From Candidatus Komeilibacteria bacterium (lineage in GTDB: Bacteria; Patescibacteriota; Patescibacteriia; UBA1558; 2-01-FULL-52-15), in assembly GCA_043801745.1 (NCBI GenBank), contig JAZDLR010000013.1, positions 9,608-73,607 on the forward strand: a DNA stretch of 64,000 bases, read 5' to 3'. Shown here piece after piece: positions 55,423 to 63,638 of this stretch. The notes under the pieces were generated by a model. It had not been told where the DNA came from. It ran no database searches and saw only the letters and a list, made by a program, of their open reading frames with translations. Position 1 is the first letter of the stretch; each line of letters starts with the position of its first letter. The position numbers and the translations under genes were made by a program.

Positions 55423-57954
55423 ATGATTTTGTGGCAAATAATTATCGTTAACGATCAGCCGCTGTTCACTACGGCCGTGACAGTTGGTTTGGCCTTTATT
55501 GTTGCCGTGGTAGTTGGAATTTTTATATTGCGGGCAGTGATTATCCGCTTACATTTGCGTGATCAATCGTTAAGAGTCTTCTTGTTGACGGTGCCGCGGT
55601 TTACCAGTGATTCCACGGAAAATGATAAACATGAGCAGCAAATTAAAGAGCAGCTTGGTCATATTGAGGCATTATTTGCCTCCTTAGGATCGCTGCGGGC
55701 TCAGAGGGGGTTACCGGCTTGGTTTTTCGGCCGGAACGACCAGTTTTCTTTGGAAATAATTGCCCGCCTGGGGGAAATTTCCTTTTACGCCGCTGTGCCG
55801 CCGAACATGGTGGATTTTTTTAATCACATACTGCAATCAGTGCATCCCTATATTCATGTAGAAGAGGTAACTGATTATAATATTTTCCAGCCTCAAGGTC
55901 AGGTTACTGGCACTTATGTTGTTTTGTCCCGTGATCCGATGTTTCCCATAAAAACTTTTCAGTTATTTGAATTTGATCCTTTGGAGACACTAACCAACGC
56001 CATGAGTAAATTACAGGTAGGTGAATCTCTGGCCCTGCAGTATATTGTCCGGTCAGCAAAAGGTTCCTGGCATAAGAGGGGAGTTAAGGTGGCGCGAGCT
56101 TTAAATGAGGGTAAGGGATTGAAGCAGGCAAAAAAGAAAGCCAACAAAGATTGGCTGTTGCCTTCGGCGGGATCCATGGTTTCGGGAATATTTTCCACTC
56201 TGTCGTCATCCTCTTCCAAGAAACCTAATTCGGTTGAGCCAGAGCGGCCGCAACAGGCTAGTCAGCAGGATTTGGCCATTGCCAAGGCGCTGGAGGAGAA
56301 ATCTACTAAAGCGGGTATGGATGTCAATATTAGGGTTATCAGTTTTGCCACTAACAAAATTACAGCTGAATCCAATCTTAAGAGTCTGGTTAATACTTTT
56401 GGCCAGTTCAATATTTATGAAACCGGCAATTCTTTTAAAGCCAAGCAAATTTCTCACCGCGACCGTTTGGTGCGGGATTTCATTTTCCGCCGGTTTTCAG
56501 AAAGGGCCAGTCTGCTGCTTAACGCTGAGGAGTTGGTCGGTTTATGGCATTTGCCCACACCGTCGATGGAAACACCCAATATTCGTTGGTTAGAGGCGCG
56601 TCAAGCTGCGCCACCGCGGGACTTGCCGACGCGGGGATTATTTTTAGGTGAATCCGATTTCCGCAGTCAGCGAACGCCTATTTATATCAAGGAAGCCGAC
56701 CGTCGGCGCCACATGTATATTATTGGTCAGACTGGTACCGGTAAGTCAGTTTTGATGAGTAATTTAATTATTCAAGATATTAAAGAGGGCAAGGGTTGCT
56801 GTATTATTGATCCGCACGGCGATTTAGTGGATGTTATCTTGGGTCATGTGCCGGACAACCGTGTGGAAGATGTTATCGTCTTTGACCCGGGTGACACGGC
56901 TCGTCCTTTAGGTCTTAATATGTTGGAGTTTTTTAACCCGGAGCAGAAAACCCTGGTTATCAATGAAGTAATAAATATTTTTGATAAATTGTATGACCTG
57001 CGTAAAACCGGTGGTCCGATGTTTGAACAATATCTGCGCAACACTATTTTATTGATGATGGAGGACGTGGAATCCGGTTCCAGCTTGATGGAAGTCTCCA
57101 AAGTTTTAGCTGACGAGGAATTCCGCCGCTATAAATTATCGAAATCGACCAATGCGGTTATCCGGGATTTCTGGCTGAAGGAAGCGCATAAAGCCGGAGG
57201 TGAGGCAGCGCTGGCAAACATGGTTCCTTACATCACCAGTAAGTTGACGCAATTTGTGGCCAACGATATAATGAGACCGATAGTTGCGCAGCAACATAGT
57301 TCTTTTAATTTCCGGGACGTCATGGATGAACGAAAAATTTTGCTGGTTAATTTGTCTAAGGGTAAGATTGGGGAAATGAACAGCAATTTGTTGGGCTTGA
57401 TCGTGGTTGGTAAATTGTTAATTGCGGCCTTATCACGGGTTGATGAAGCTGAAGATAAACGCTTGGATTTTTATCTTTACATTGATGAATTTCAGAATTT
57501 TTTGACTGACAGCATTTCCGTCATATTATCTGAAGCCCGTAAATACCGTTTGGATCTAACCGTGGCTCATCAGTATATCAATCAATTAGTTAAAGACGGT
57601 GACACTAAAATACGTGACGCGGTATTCGGTAACGTCGGCACTAAGATAGTTTTCCGCGTAGGTGCTGAGGACGCTGAATTTTTGGAAAAGCAATTTGCCC
57701 CGGTTTTTACCCAGTATGATCTGATCAATATTCCCAAGCTTCAGGCCTATATTAAATTGTTAGTTGATAATCAGAATCCACCGGCTTTTAACTTTCGGCC
57801 AGCTCCCCCGCAGTCAGGAGACAAAAATCGTGCTACAATGATAAGAGAGTTGTCACGTATGAAGTATGGACGGCCGAAAGAGCAGATAGAGTTGGAGTTG
57901 CAGGCTCGTAGTCAGAGAGTGGTTAAGCCTGAGTCTCCAGTGCAGCCAAAATAA
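55423..57954 (+). CDS. membrane-anchored FtsK/HerA/TraD-superfamily ATPase (DUF87-like with TraG-D_C-like C-terminus)
   Basis: N-terminal TM. Walker A GQTGTGKS followed by CCIIDPHGDL. C-terminal YIDEFQNF as in the TraD/TraG/VirD4 coupling proteins I recall. Confidence 0.5.
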   Translation: MILWQIIIVNDQPLFTTAVTVGLAFIVAVVVGIFILRAVIIRLHLRDQSLRVFLLTVPRFTSDSTENDKHEQQIKEQLGHIEALFASLGSLRAQRGLPAWFFGRNDQFSLEIIARLGEISFYAAVPPNMVDFFNHILQSVHPYIHVEEVTDYNIFQPQGQVTGTYVVLSRDPMFPIKTFQLFEFDPLETLTNAMSKLQVGESLALQYIVRSAKGSWHKRGVKVARALNEGKGLKQAKKKANKDWLLPSAGSMVSGIFSTLSSSSSKKPNSVEPERPQQASQQDLAIAKALEEKSTKAGMDVNIRVISFATNKITAESNLKSLVNTFGQFNIYETGNSFKAKQISHRDRLVRDFIFRRFSERASLLLNAEELVGLWHLPTPSMETPNIRWLEARQAAPPRDLPTRGLFLGESDFRSQRTPIYIKEADRRRHMYIIGQTGTGKSVLMSNLIIQDIKEGKGCCIIDPHGDLVDVILGHVPDNRVEDVIVFDPGDTARPLGLNMLEFFNPEQKTLVINEVINIFDKLYDLRKTGGPMFEQYLRNTILLMMEDVESGSSLMEVSKVLADEEFRRYKLSKSTNAVIRDFWLKEAHKAGGEAALANMVPYITSKLTQFVANDIMRPIVAQQHSSFNFRDVMDERKILLVNLSKGKIGEMNSNLLGLIVVGKLLIAALSRVDEAEDKRLDFYLYIDEFQNFLTDSISVILSEARKYRLDLTVAHQYINQLVKDGDTKIRDAVFGNVGTKIVFRVGAEDAEFLEKQFAPVFTQYDLINIPKLQAYIKLLVDNQNPPAFNFRPAPPQSGDKNRATMIRELSRMKYGRPKEQIELELQARSQRVVKPESPVQPK

Positions 57955-58013
57955 AGATCGAAAAAAATTGCTAATGCTTCCTGACCTCGGCCGGGAGACG
58001 TTGGTCAAAACAA

Positions 58014-58580
58014 ATGTCAAAAATTAAAAAAATTCAGGAACTTGAGGATTATATTCGTCGTCAGGAGCTAGAATTGAAAAAGATGAAAGTGGTCCTGGGA
58101 GAAATGATGGGTCAGGGTTCGACCCAGGCTGTTGATTATGCCGTTAAAGCCCAGGAAGTCGGCCGGGAAAGCAGCAATGACGACGGTAAGATAATTGAAG
58201 GTGTTTTTGATGGTCAGAATATGATCGGTCCTGATGGTAAAGTTTATTCTGTGCCTGCCAACTACGCTTCCAAGTCCAAATTAGTGGAAGGTGATATTTT
58301 GAAGCTAACCATAGACGGTCAGGGCAATTTCATTTATAAGCAGATTGGTCCGGTTGAGCGCAGGCGGCTGATGGGAGTTTTGGCCCGGGATCAGGACAAA
58401 GGCGATTATATTGTTGTGGTTGATGACCGTTTATTTAAGACGCTGACTGCCAGTATAACCTATTATAAAGGGGAAGAAGGCGATCAGGTGGTGATTTTAG
58501 TACCTAAAGACGCTGACAGTAAATGGGCAGCTGTAGAAAATATCATCAAAAAAAGTTTGTTTCCGACGTCTCAGTCTTAA
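58014..58580 (+). CDS. hypothetical protein with N-terminal coiled coil
   Basis: 188-aa ORF in host-like composition. Confidence 0.45.
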   Translation: MSKIKKIQELEDYIRRQELELKKMKVVLGEMMGQGSTQAVDYAVKAQEVGRESSNDDGKIIEGVFDGQNMIGPDGKVYSVPANYASKSKLVEGDILKLTIDGQGNFIYKQIGPVERRRLMGVLARDQDKGDYIVVVDDRLFKTLTASITYYKGEEGDQVVILVPKDADSKWAAVENIIKKSLFPTSQS

Positions 58581-58655
58581 GACTTTTTTGTCAGTTTTTG
58601 GTTATAATTGTACCTAACTTGCCTTGAGCAAGTTTATTTATTACTATAGTAGTCT

Positions 58656-60146
58656 ATGGCTGTCTTATACCGTAAATATCGGCCCCAAAAATTTGCCACT
58701 GTGGTGGGTCAAAACCATATTAAAACCACTCTAGCGGGCGAGATTATTAGTGGTCACTTAGCGCATGCTTATTTATTTGTTGGTCCGAGGGGTACGGGGA
58801 AAACAACTTTAGCTCGTCTGTTTGCCCGGGCTATTAATTGCTTGGAGCGTCCTAAAGATTCAGCGGAGCCCTGCAATAAATGTGCTATTTGTCAGCAGAT
58901 TATGTCCGGCCGTTCGCTGGATATAATTGAGATTGATGCGGCTACTCATACCCAGGTAGATAATGTCCGGGCTAATATTATCGCCAATGCCCAAGTGCCG
59001 CCGTATAACAGTAAGGGGTATAAAGTTTTTGTTATTGATGAAGTTCACATGTTGTCTAAGGCGGCGTTTAACGCCTTGTTAAAAACTATGGAAGAGCCGC
59101 CGGAACGGGTGATTTTTATTTTAGCAACAACTGAAGTGCGTAAAGTGCCGGAAACTATTATTTCCCGTTGTCAGCGTTTTGATTTCAAGAAAATTCCTAC
59201 GGCCTCAATCATTGAACGGTTACAGTCCATTGCCAACCAAGAACAAATTATTATACCGGCCGAAGTACTGGCGGCCGTGGCCCGTCGGTCCGAAGGAGGA
59301 ATGCGTGACGCCGAATCAATTTTGGGCCAAATTGTTGGCTTGGCTGAAGATAAGAAAGTGACGGAGGAAATAGCTTATCTGGTTCTGCCGCGTAGCAATT
59401 GGAATGATGTGGAGATTTTTCTGGAAAATTTGCAGGTCCGCAATGTGCAGCAGGCCCTGAAGCACTTGCATCAATTAGTCAGAGAAGGAATTGACGTGGA
59501 TGATCTGGCGGCTGATCTGGTGGAGTACACCAGACAGATTTTGCTGGCGCAGGCCATGGGATTGGCTTATGATCCGGATATTGAGCAGCAACGGATTGCT
59601 AAAATCAGGGAATTGGCTGGACGCTTCAGCACCAAAGAATTAGTTAATTTATTAGAAGTATTTTTGGACAAAGCAGCAGAGACTAAATCGGCTATGATAC
59701 CGCAGCTGCCCTTGGAATTGGGCATAGTTGAATTCTGCCAGGACGCCGTGATGGCTGCCGAGCCAATAGTAGAGAGGGTTGTGACGGAAGCGCCGGATTC
59801 CCAGACAGCAGCTGTTATGACTACTGGTTCCTGGAATGCTATTTTAGACGCCATGAAGCCCCTGAATCATTCCTTATCGGCTTTTATGAAAGTCGGTCAC
59901 CCAATTAGTTTGGAAAAGGGCATTTTAACTATAGGTTTTGAATACGATTTTCACGCCGAACGTGTGCGTGAAAGCAAAAATAAACAGACAGCTCAACAAA
60001 TTATTGGCGACGTTTTGGGTCAGCCAGTTACTATTCAGGCGATTGTGGATAAGGATTATCAAGCCAATCATCAGAAATTTAACGGCGGTAAGGATAAAGA
60101 AGTGGAGGAGGTATTGGGAGCTCTGGGCGGTGGGGAAATGGTTTGA
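58656..60146 (+). CDS. dnaX: DNA polymerase III subunit gamma/tau
   Basis: AAA+ clamp-loader motifs (GPRGTGKTT, zinc module CNKCAICQQI, SRC motif). Confidence 0.85.
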   Translation: MAVLYRKYRPQKFATVVGQNHIKTTLAGEIISGHLAHAYLFVGPRGTGKTTLARLFARAINCLERPKDSAEPCNKCAICQQIMSGRSLDIIEIDAATHTQVDNVRANIIANAQVPPYNSKGYKVFVIDEVHMLSKAAFNALLKTMEEPPERVIFILATTEVRKVPETIISRCQRFDFKKIPTASIIERLQSIANQEQIIIPAEVLAAVARRSEGGMRDAESILGQIVGLAEDKKVTEEIAYLVLPRSNWNDVEIFLENLQVRNVQQALKHLHQLVREGIDVDDLAADLVEYTRQILLAQAMGLAYDPDIEQQRIAKIRELAGRFSTKELVNLLEVFLDKAAETKSAMIPQLPLELGIVEFCQDAVMAAEPIVERVVTEAPDSQTAAVMTTGSWNAILDAMKPLNHSLSAFMKVGHPISLEKGILTIGFEYDFHAERVRESKNKQTAQQIIGDVLGQPVTIQAIVDKDYQANHQKFNGGKDKEVEEVLGALGGGEMV

Positions 60147-60160
60147 ATCAGGTTGTAGGA

Positions 60161-60194
60161 ATTACCGCCCACAGGGCGGTCGCCCTGTGGACGA
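60161..60194. repeat. GC-rich palindromic insertion (family B) flanked by 10-bp direct repeats GGTTGTAGGA / GGTTGTAGGT
   Basis: ATTACCGCCCACAGGGCGGTCGCCCTGTGGACGA with the stem CCACAGGGCG/CGCCCTGTGG. Flanking repeats at 60151-60160 and 60195-60204 look like target-site duplications. Confidence 0.5.
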
Positions 60195-60217
60195 GGTTGT
60201 AGGTAAGAGATAAAGAA

Positions 60218-60250
60218 AACGGCCCAGCGCGTCTGACGCGCTGGGCCGTT
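60218..60250. terminator. bidirectional terminator between dnaX and the prs-like gene
   Basis: Perfect 14-bp stem AACGGCCCAGCGCG/CGCGCTGGGCCGTT. An A-run precedes it and a T-rich run follows on the minus strand. Confidence 0.55.
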
Positions 60251-60253
60251 CGG

Positions 60254-61318
60254 TTAGTCGTGGAGGGTTTCCAGCACTTCCACTAGACGTCGGGCCAGTT
60301 CCGGTGCCGTATCAACGGTGATGATATGGCCACCGGTGCCAACCTCGTATACCGTCTGCTCGGTAAAGCCGCGTCTGCGGGTGTTTCCCACGATGACCTT
60401 GTCAAAAGGATGTGGACTCTTACGGGGGAAAAGCCGCCGCTTCCAGCCATGGCTGCAGACGGGGTGTGTAGCTACCAGGCGCAGAGAATTAACGCCCTTC
60501 TGTCGCAGATGCTTGGCTGTGTGGGCACAGGTAGAGCCGGAAGCGACTTCATCTTCACGCATGAAGACGTTCATGCCGTTTAGCGCCTCCAGGTCGGTCA
60601 TGACCTGGACGTCGTCACCGTACTGCCGGTAAATGCGGTCAAGAAACGTGTCATCAGTGATGATCTGGATTTCGCCGTCCCGACGCTCTTTAGCCGTGGC
60701 CATCACCCTGGTGTTAGTCAGTTTGGCCATGGTAATAGCGCGGCCCACCGAACCAAAGTCGGGTGAATACCAGAACACAGTTTCCGGGCCATAGCTTTGG
60801 ATCAATGGAGACACTTCGCGCGCAAACAGCTCGCTCGGGTCAGCGATGAACAGGTTAAGGCCAAATTCACGGGCGAACGTGGACGTGATTTCCAGATTGT
60901 GGGGGTCGCAGACCAAGAGATTGTCTACTCCTTGATCTTTTAACCCCTTCAGATACCACCGCAGACGGGTAATCTCGTTGGTGAATTCTGGATGATCCTG
61001 TTTGCGGTAACGCATGAATGGCATGATCACAGTGACTGATCTGGCCCCGTACTGGAACTTACAGGCCGTAATCATATCCCGTAACTGCAATTCATGCTTG
61101 TTATCTATCACGCTGGCAAACAGGATCGCATGACGGCCATTGATTTGTTCTGGTAGCTCCAGCTCAAATCCCGGCTCGCCGTCGTTGAAAGGATCGTGGT
61201 ACACGTGAGTAAAGGTCAGGAGTTGGTTCAGGCGCTGGCTGACTATATCCAGCGTGGTTTCCGCCAGTGAAAAGTTGGATGTTCCGCTGTAAAGAACCAG
61301 CCTGTCTCGGTTAATCAT
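60254..61318 (-). CDS. divergent ribose-phosphate pyrophosphokinase (Prs)-like phosphoribosyltransferase
   Basis: Prs-like order of motifs: LVLYSGTSNFSLAE, VIMPFMRYRKQDH, LLVCDPHN, YSPDFGSVGRA, and the PRPP-binding loop EDEVASGST. ~55% GC with strong SD in a CCACTAGGAGG context. Confidence 0.55.
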   Translation of the reverse strand: MINRDRLVLYSGTSNFSLAETTLDIVSQRLNQLLTFTHVYHDPFNDGEPGFELELPEQINGRHAILFASVIDNKHELQLRDMITACKFQYGARSVTVIMPFMRYRKQDHPEFTNEITRLRWYLKGLKDQGVDNLLVCDPHNLEITSTFAREFGLNLFIADPSELFAREVSPLIQSYGPETVFWYSPDFGSVGRAITMAKLTNTRVMATAKERRDGEIQIITDDTFLDRIYRQYGDDVQVMTDLEALNGMNVFMREDEVASGSTCAHTAKHLRQKGVNSLRLVATHPVCSHGWKRRLFPRKSPHPFDKVIVGNTRRRGFTEQTVYEVGTGGHIITVDTAPELARRLVEVLETLHD

Positions 61319-61406
61319 GGCTGCCTCCTAGTGGAAAGTCAGTGAAAAGGACAAGAACTCGGGGTTCTACTAATCACACCCTACTTAAAATAATGTCAAT
61401 TTGTCA

Positions 61407-61446
61407 ACCCCGTTAGAAGTTCTAATTGAAATATTTCTAACGGGGT
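61407..61446. promoter_or_regulatory. 12-bp perfect inverted repeat ACCCCGTTAGAA...TTCTAACGGGGT abutting a TTGACA (minus strand)
   Basis: Same CGGGGT+TTGACA junction (CGGGGTTGACA) as the palindrome upstream of hrcA. Lies upstream of the prs-like gene. Confidence 0.4.
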
Positions 61447-61490
61447 AAAACAAAAAGAGATGCTATTAGCACCGCCAATTATTTGATAAA

Positions 61491-61913
61491 TTATTTAATT
61501 GTCAGCAATATCGCGCCAATAACCAGTAGCACCGCGCCAATTCCGGAATACCAAGTTAATTTTTCACCCAGAAAGAGTATAGCCAAAATTAGGACAAAGA
61601 TTACGCTTAGCCGGTCTAGGGCGGCCACGCCTGAAGCCGGGCCGTTTTTTAAAGCATAAAAATAAAACAGCCAAGATAAAGCTCCGGCAATGCCGGCCAA
61701 CACAATATACAACAGCGCCTTATTAGTAAAGTGTGACAGCAAATTAAATTTACCTAAGGCAAAGGAAACGATTAATAAAAAAGCAGCCATAATGACTGAA
61801 CGGACAGTAGTAGCAATAGTAGAATCTATATTACTAACCCCGATTTTACCAAAAATTGCCACAGCTGCGGCAAAGACAGCTGACAGAAGGGCATAAATAA
61901 TCCAGATAGGCAT
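61491..61913 (-). CDS. small EamA/DMT-superfamily membrane protein (4 TM)
   Basis: 140-aa hydrophobic ORF with an EamA-like pattern. Confidence 0.55.
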   Translation of the reverse strand: MPIWIIYALLSAVFAAAVAIFGKIGVSNIDSTIATTVRSVIMAAFLLIVSFALGKFNLLSHFTNKALLYIVLAGIAGALSWLFYFYALKNGPASGVAALDRLSVIFVLILAILFLGEKLTWYSGIGAVLLVIGAILLTIK

Positions 61914-61979
61914 AGGAAAAGTATAGCTTATTTGGTTGAAAATTTGAAATTTGACAACGTTTAAGGATATTCTATAATC

Positions 61980-62228
61980 ATGAAAACAGGGCTTAATTAT
62001 TTAAGCATAAATATGCCCAAGAAGAGCGAAAAAAGATCCAGGGAAATTACTAATAATGAGCTTGCCTCAATGATTAAGGCGGGATTTGATGCAACTCCAA
62101 CCAGAGATGAAATGAATCAGCGATTTGACGCTGTGGATAAGCGTTTCGATTCCGTTGAAGGACGTTTAACACATTTGGAGCAAAATTATTCCATTGTTCA
62201 GAAAGTCAAAGAGGCCTTAGCGTTGTAG
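61980..62228 (+). CDS. small hypothetical protein
   Basis: 82-aa ORF followed by a clean terminator. Confidence 0.4.
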   Translation: MKTGLNYLSINMPKKSEKRSREITNNELASMIKAGFDATPTRDEMNQRFDAVDKRFDSVEGRLTHLEQNYSIVQKVKEALAL

Positions 62229-62235
62229 GTAATTT

Positions 62236-62266
62236 AAAAACACCGTTTGTCACAGCGGTGTTTTTT
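62236..62266 (+). terminator. intrinsic terminator
   Basis: AAAAACACCG-tttgtcacag-CGGTGTTTTTT. Confidence 0.55.
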
Positions 62267-62473
62267 AGTGGCGTTTAATCTATCTTGGTGATCATGTCCG
62301 GGGAGCTCTTATCCTTTGTCCGCCAATTTATTTCCAAGGAAATGGAATGTTTTCCCGGGATATACCAGTGAGAAAATCTGAAGCACAATAATTGAAACTT
62401 ATTTTCAGCAATTTTTCCTAAGCCAAATCTATTTAAAGTAAGTTCAATATCTATGACCATAATTTTTATCGTA

Positions 62474-62692
62474 TTATTTACTGCTGTGACCGGCAATCCA
62501 GTTCCACAAGGTGGCAGTTGCCATAAAGTAGATGAAAAACGGATAAAGCAAATCAGTAACAGAGTGGCTGCTGCGGTCCAGAGCCAGAAAAACACTAATA
62601 ATAAATAATACCGGCAATAGGGTGACGATCCAGCCAATTAGCGACACAGGGCGATGGATCCAACCCCAGGGCTTGAACCAAAGATGTTTCAT
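62474..62692 (-). CDS. small two-TM membrane protein
   Basis: 72-aa ORF MKHLWFKPWGWIHRP... It overlaps ORF 62275..62637 in another frame; this one is preferred on hydrophobicity pattern. Confidence 0.3.
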   Translation of the reverse strand: MKHLWFKPWGWIHRPVSLIGWIVTLLPVLFIISVFLALDRSSHSVTDLLYPFFIYFMATATLWNWIAGHSSK

Positions 62693-62839
62693 GGCAGAAT
62701 TATATCTTACTCAAAAGAAAAATGTAAGTTTTGATTGACAAATAGCCTTGAAAATTGTATCTTTTTATAGCGTTTACGATTCATTCGGGGATCGCCTGCC
62801 TACGCTAAAGCTTCGGCGCGGCTGATCTCTAAGATATAT

Positions 62840-62913
62840 TCGGGGATCGTCTAATGGTAGGACGGCAGGTTCTGGTCCTGTTAATTGGGGTTCGAGTCCC
62901 TATCCCCGAGCCA
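62840..62913 (+). tRNA. tRNA-Gln(CTG)
   Basis: TCGGGGA acceptor, anticodon loop TTCTGGT, T-arm GGTTCGAGTCC, encoded CCA. Confidence 0.85.
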
Positions 62914-62997
62914 AGTCCGAAAGGGCTGTTTTTTTATGTCCGTCTAGATAGGCTAAAATAGAATCTGTACGTAGAGGTGTGGACAACATTTCAAATA

Positions 62998-63026
62998 GGC
63001 AGTAGGGATTCGAACCTAGCGACTTG
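62998..63026 (-). pseudogene. tRNA 3'-end fragment (T-arm + acceptor 3' strand)
   Basis: Minus strand reads GTCGCTAGGTTCGAATCCCTACTGCC with no matching 5' half. Typical of an integrase attachment-site remnant. Confidence 0.4.
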
Positions 63027-63073
63027 TAAACACCCCCAAGAATGCTATCGTGAACACATAAGCAAATCACTCT

Positions 63074-63577
63074 ATGAGGGACGCTGATTATATTGTGGCT
63101 AACTGGCCAATAGATAAGCAAGGCGAAGTCGCGGCAGTGAAGAGCTTTTTGGATAACTCAAGATGCGTATTTTCATTTACGCCATCGAATATAGAATGTC
63201 ATGCTGCGGAGCCAACAGATATATGGGTGAAGGATATAAATAGGAAATTTCAGATTGTGGTAGCAGATTTTGAACGTTATGAGCTTCTCGGAAAAGCCAA
63301 GCCAAATGAAATAGGACTCAAAGTAATAAGCTTTGAGCGCAACTGGGATGATGTATGGAGAGAGTATGTAATTAAACCCTTAAGAAAAAAGAACAAATAC
63401 GGTCGAGCAGCTAATGGGATAACGCTACTCATAGATGCGCCGTCTAAAAAACCGCCTCGGCTAGAGTCGGCTATATCTGTCTTGCGAAAGACCGGGCGTA
63501 ATAGAGAGGCGCAACAGTTAGGCTTCGACGAAATCTATTTAGTCTTCAAAGAGGGCAACATACAGATCTATCCTTAA
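63074..63577 (+). CDS. hypothetical protein
   Basis: 167-aa ORF directly after the tRNA fragment. No recognisable domain. Confidence 0.5.
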   Translation: MRDADYIVANWPIDKQGEVAAVKSFLDNSRCVFSFTPSNIECHAAEPTDIWVKDINRKFQIVVADFERYELLGKAKPNEIGLKVISFERNWDDVWREYVIKPLRKKNKYGRAANGITLLIDAPSKKPPRLESAISVLRKTGRNREAQQLGFDEIYLVFKEGNIQIYP

Positions 63578-63588
63578 TCAAAAGTTCA

Positions 63589-63630
63589 ACGGCCAGCCTC
63601 GCACGTTGCGAGGCTGGCCGTTTCTTCTTC
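63589..63630. terminator. bidirectional terminator
   Basis: 15-bp stem ACGGCCAGCCTCGCA/TGCGAGGCTGGCCGT followed by TTTCTTCTTC. Confidence 0.55.
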
Positions 63631-63638
63631 ATGACAAT

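Noticed and set aside
34-61330. GC-rich genes as an integron cassette array
   Set aside because: The islands are scattered and in both orientations, not in a promoter-proximal array. Their 3' hairpins lack the GTTRRRY core sites of attC.
62275-62637. 120-aa ORF overlapping the small membrane ORF
   Set aside because: Low-complexity translation. The overlapping 62474..62692 frame has a cleaner two-TM hydrophobic profile. Both calls are weak.
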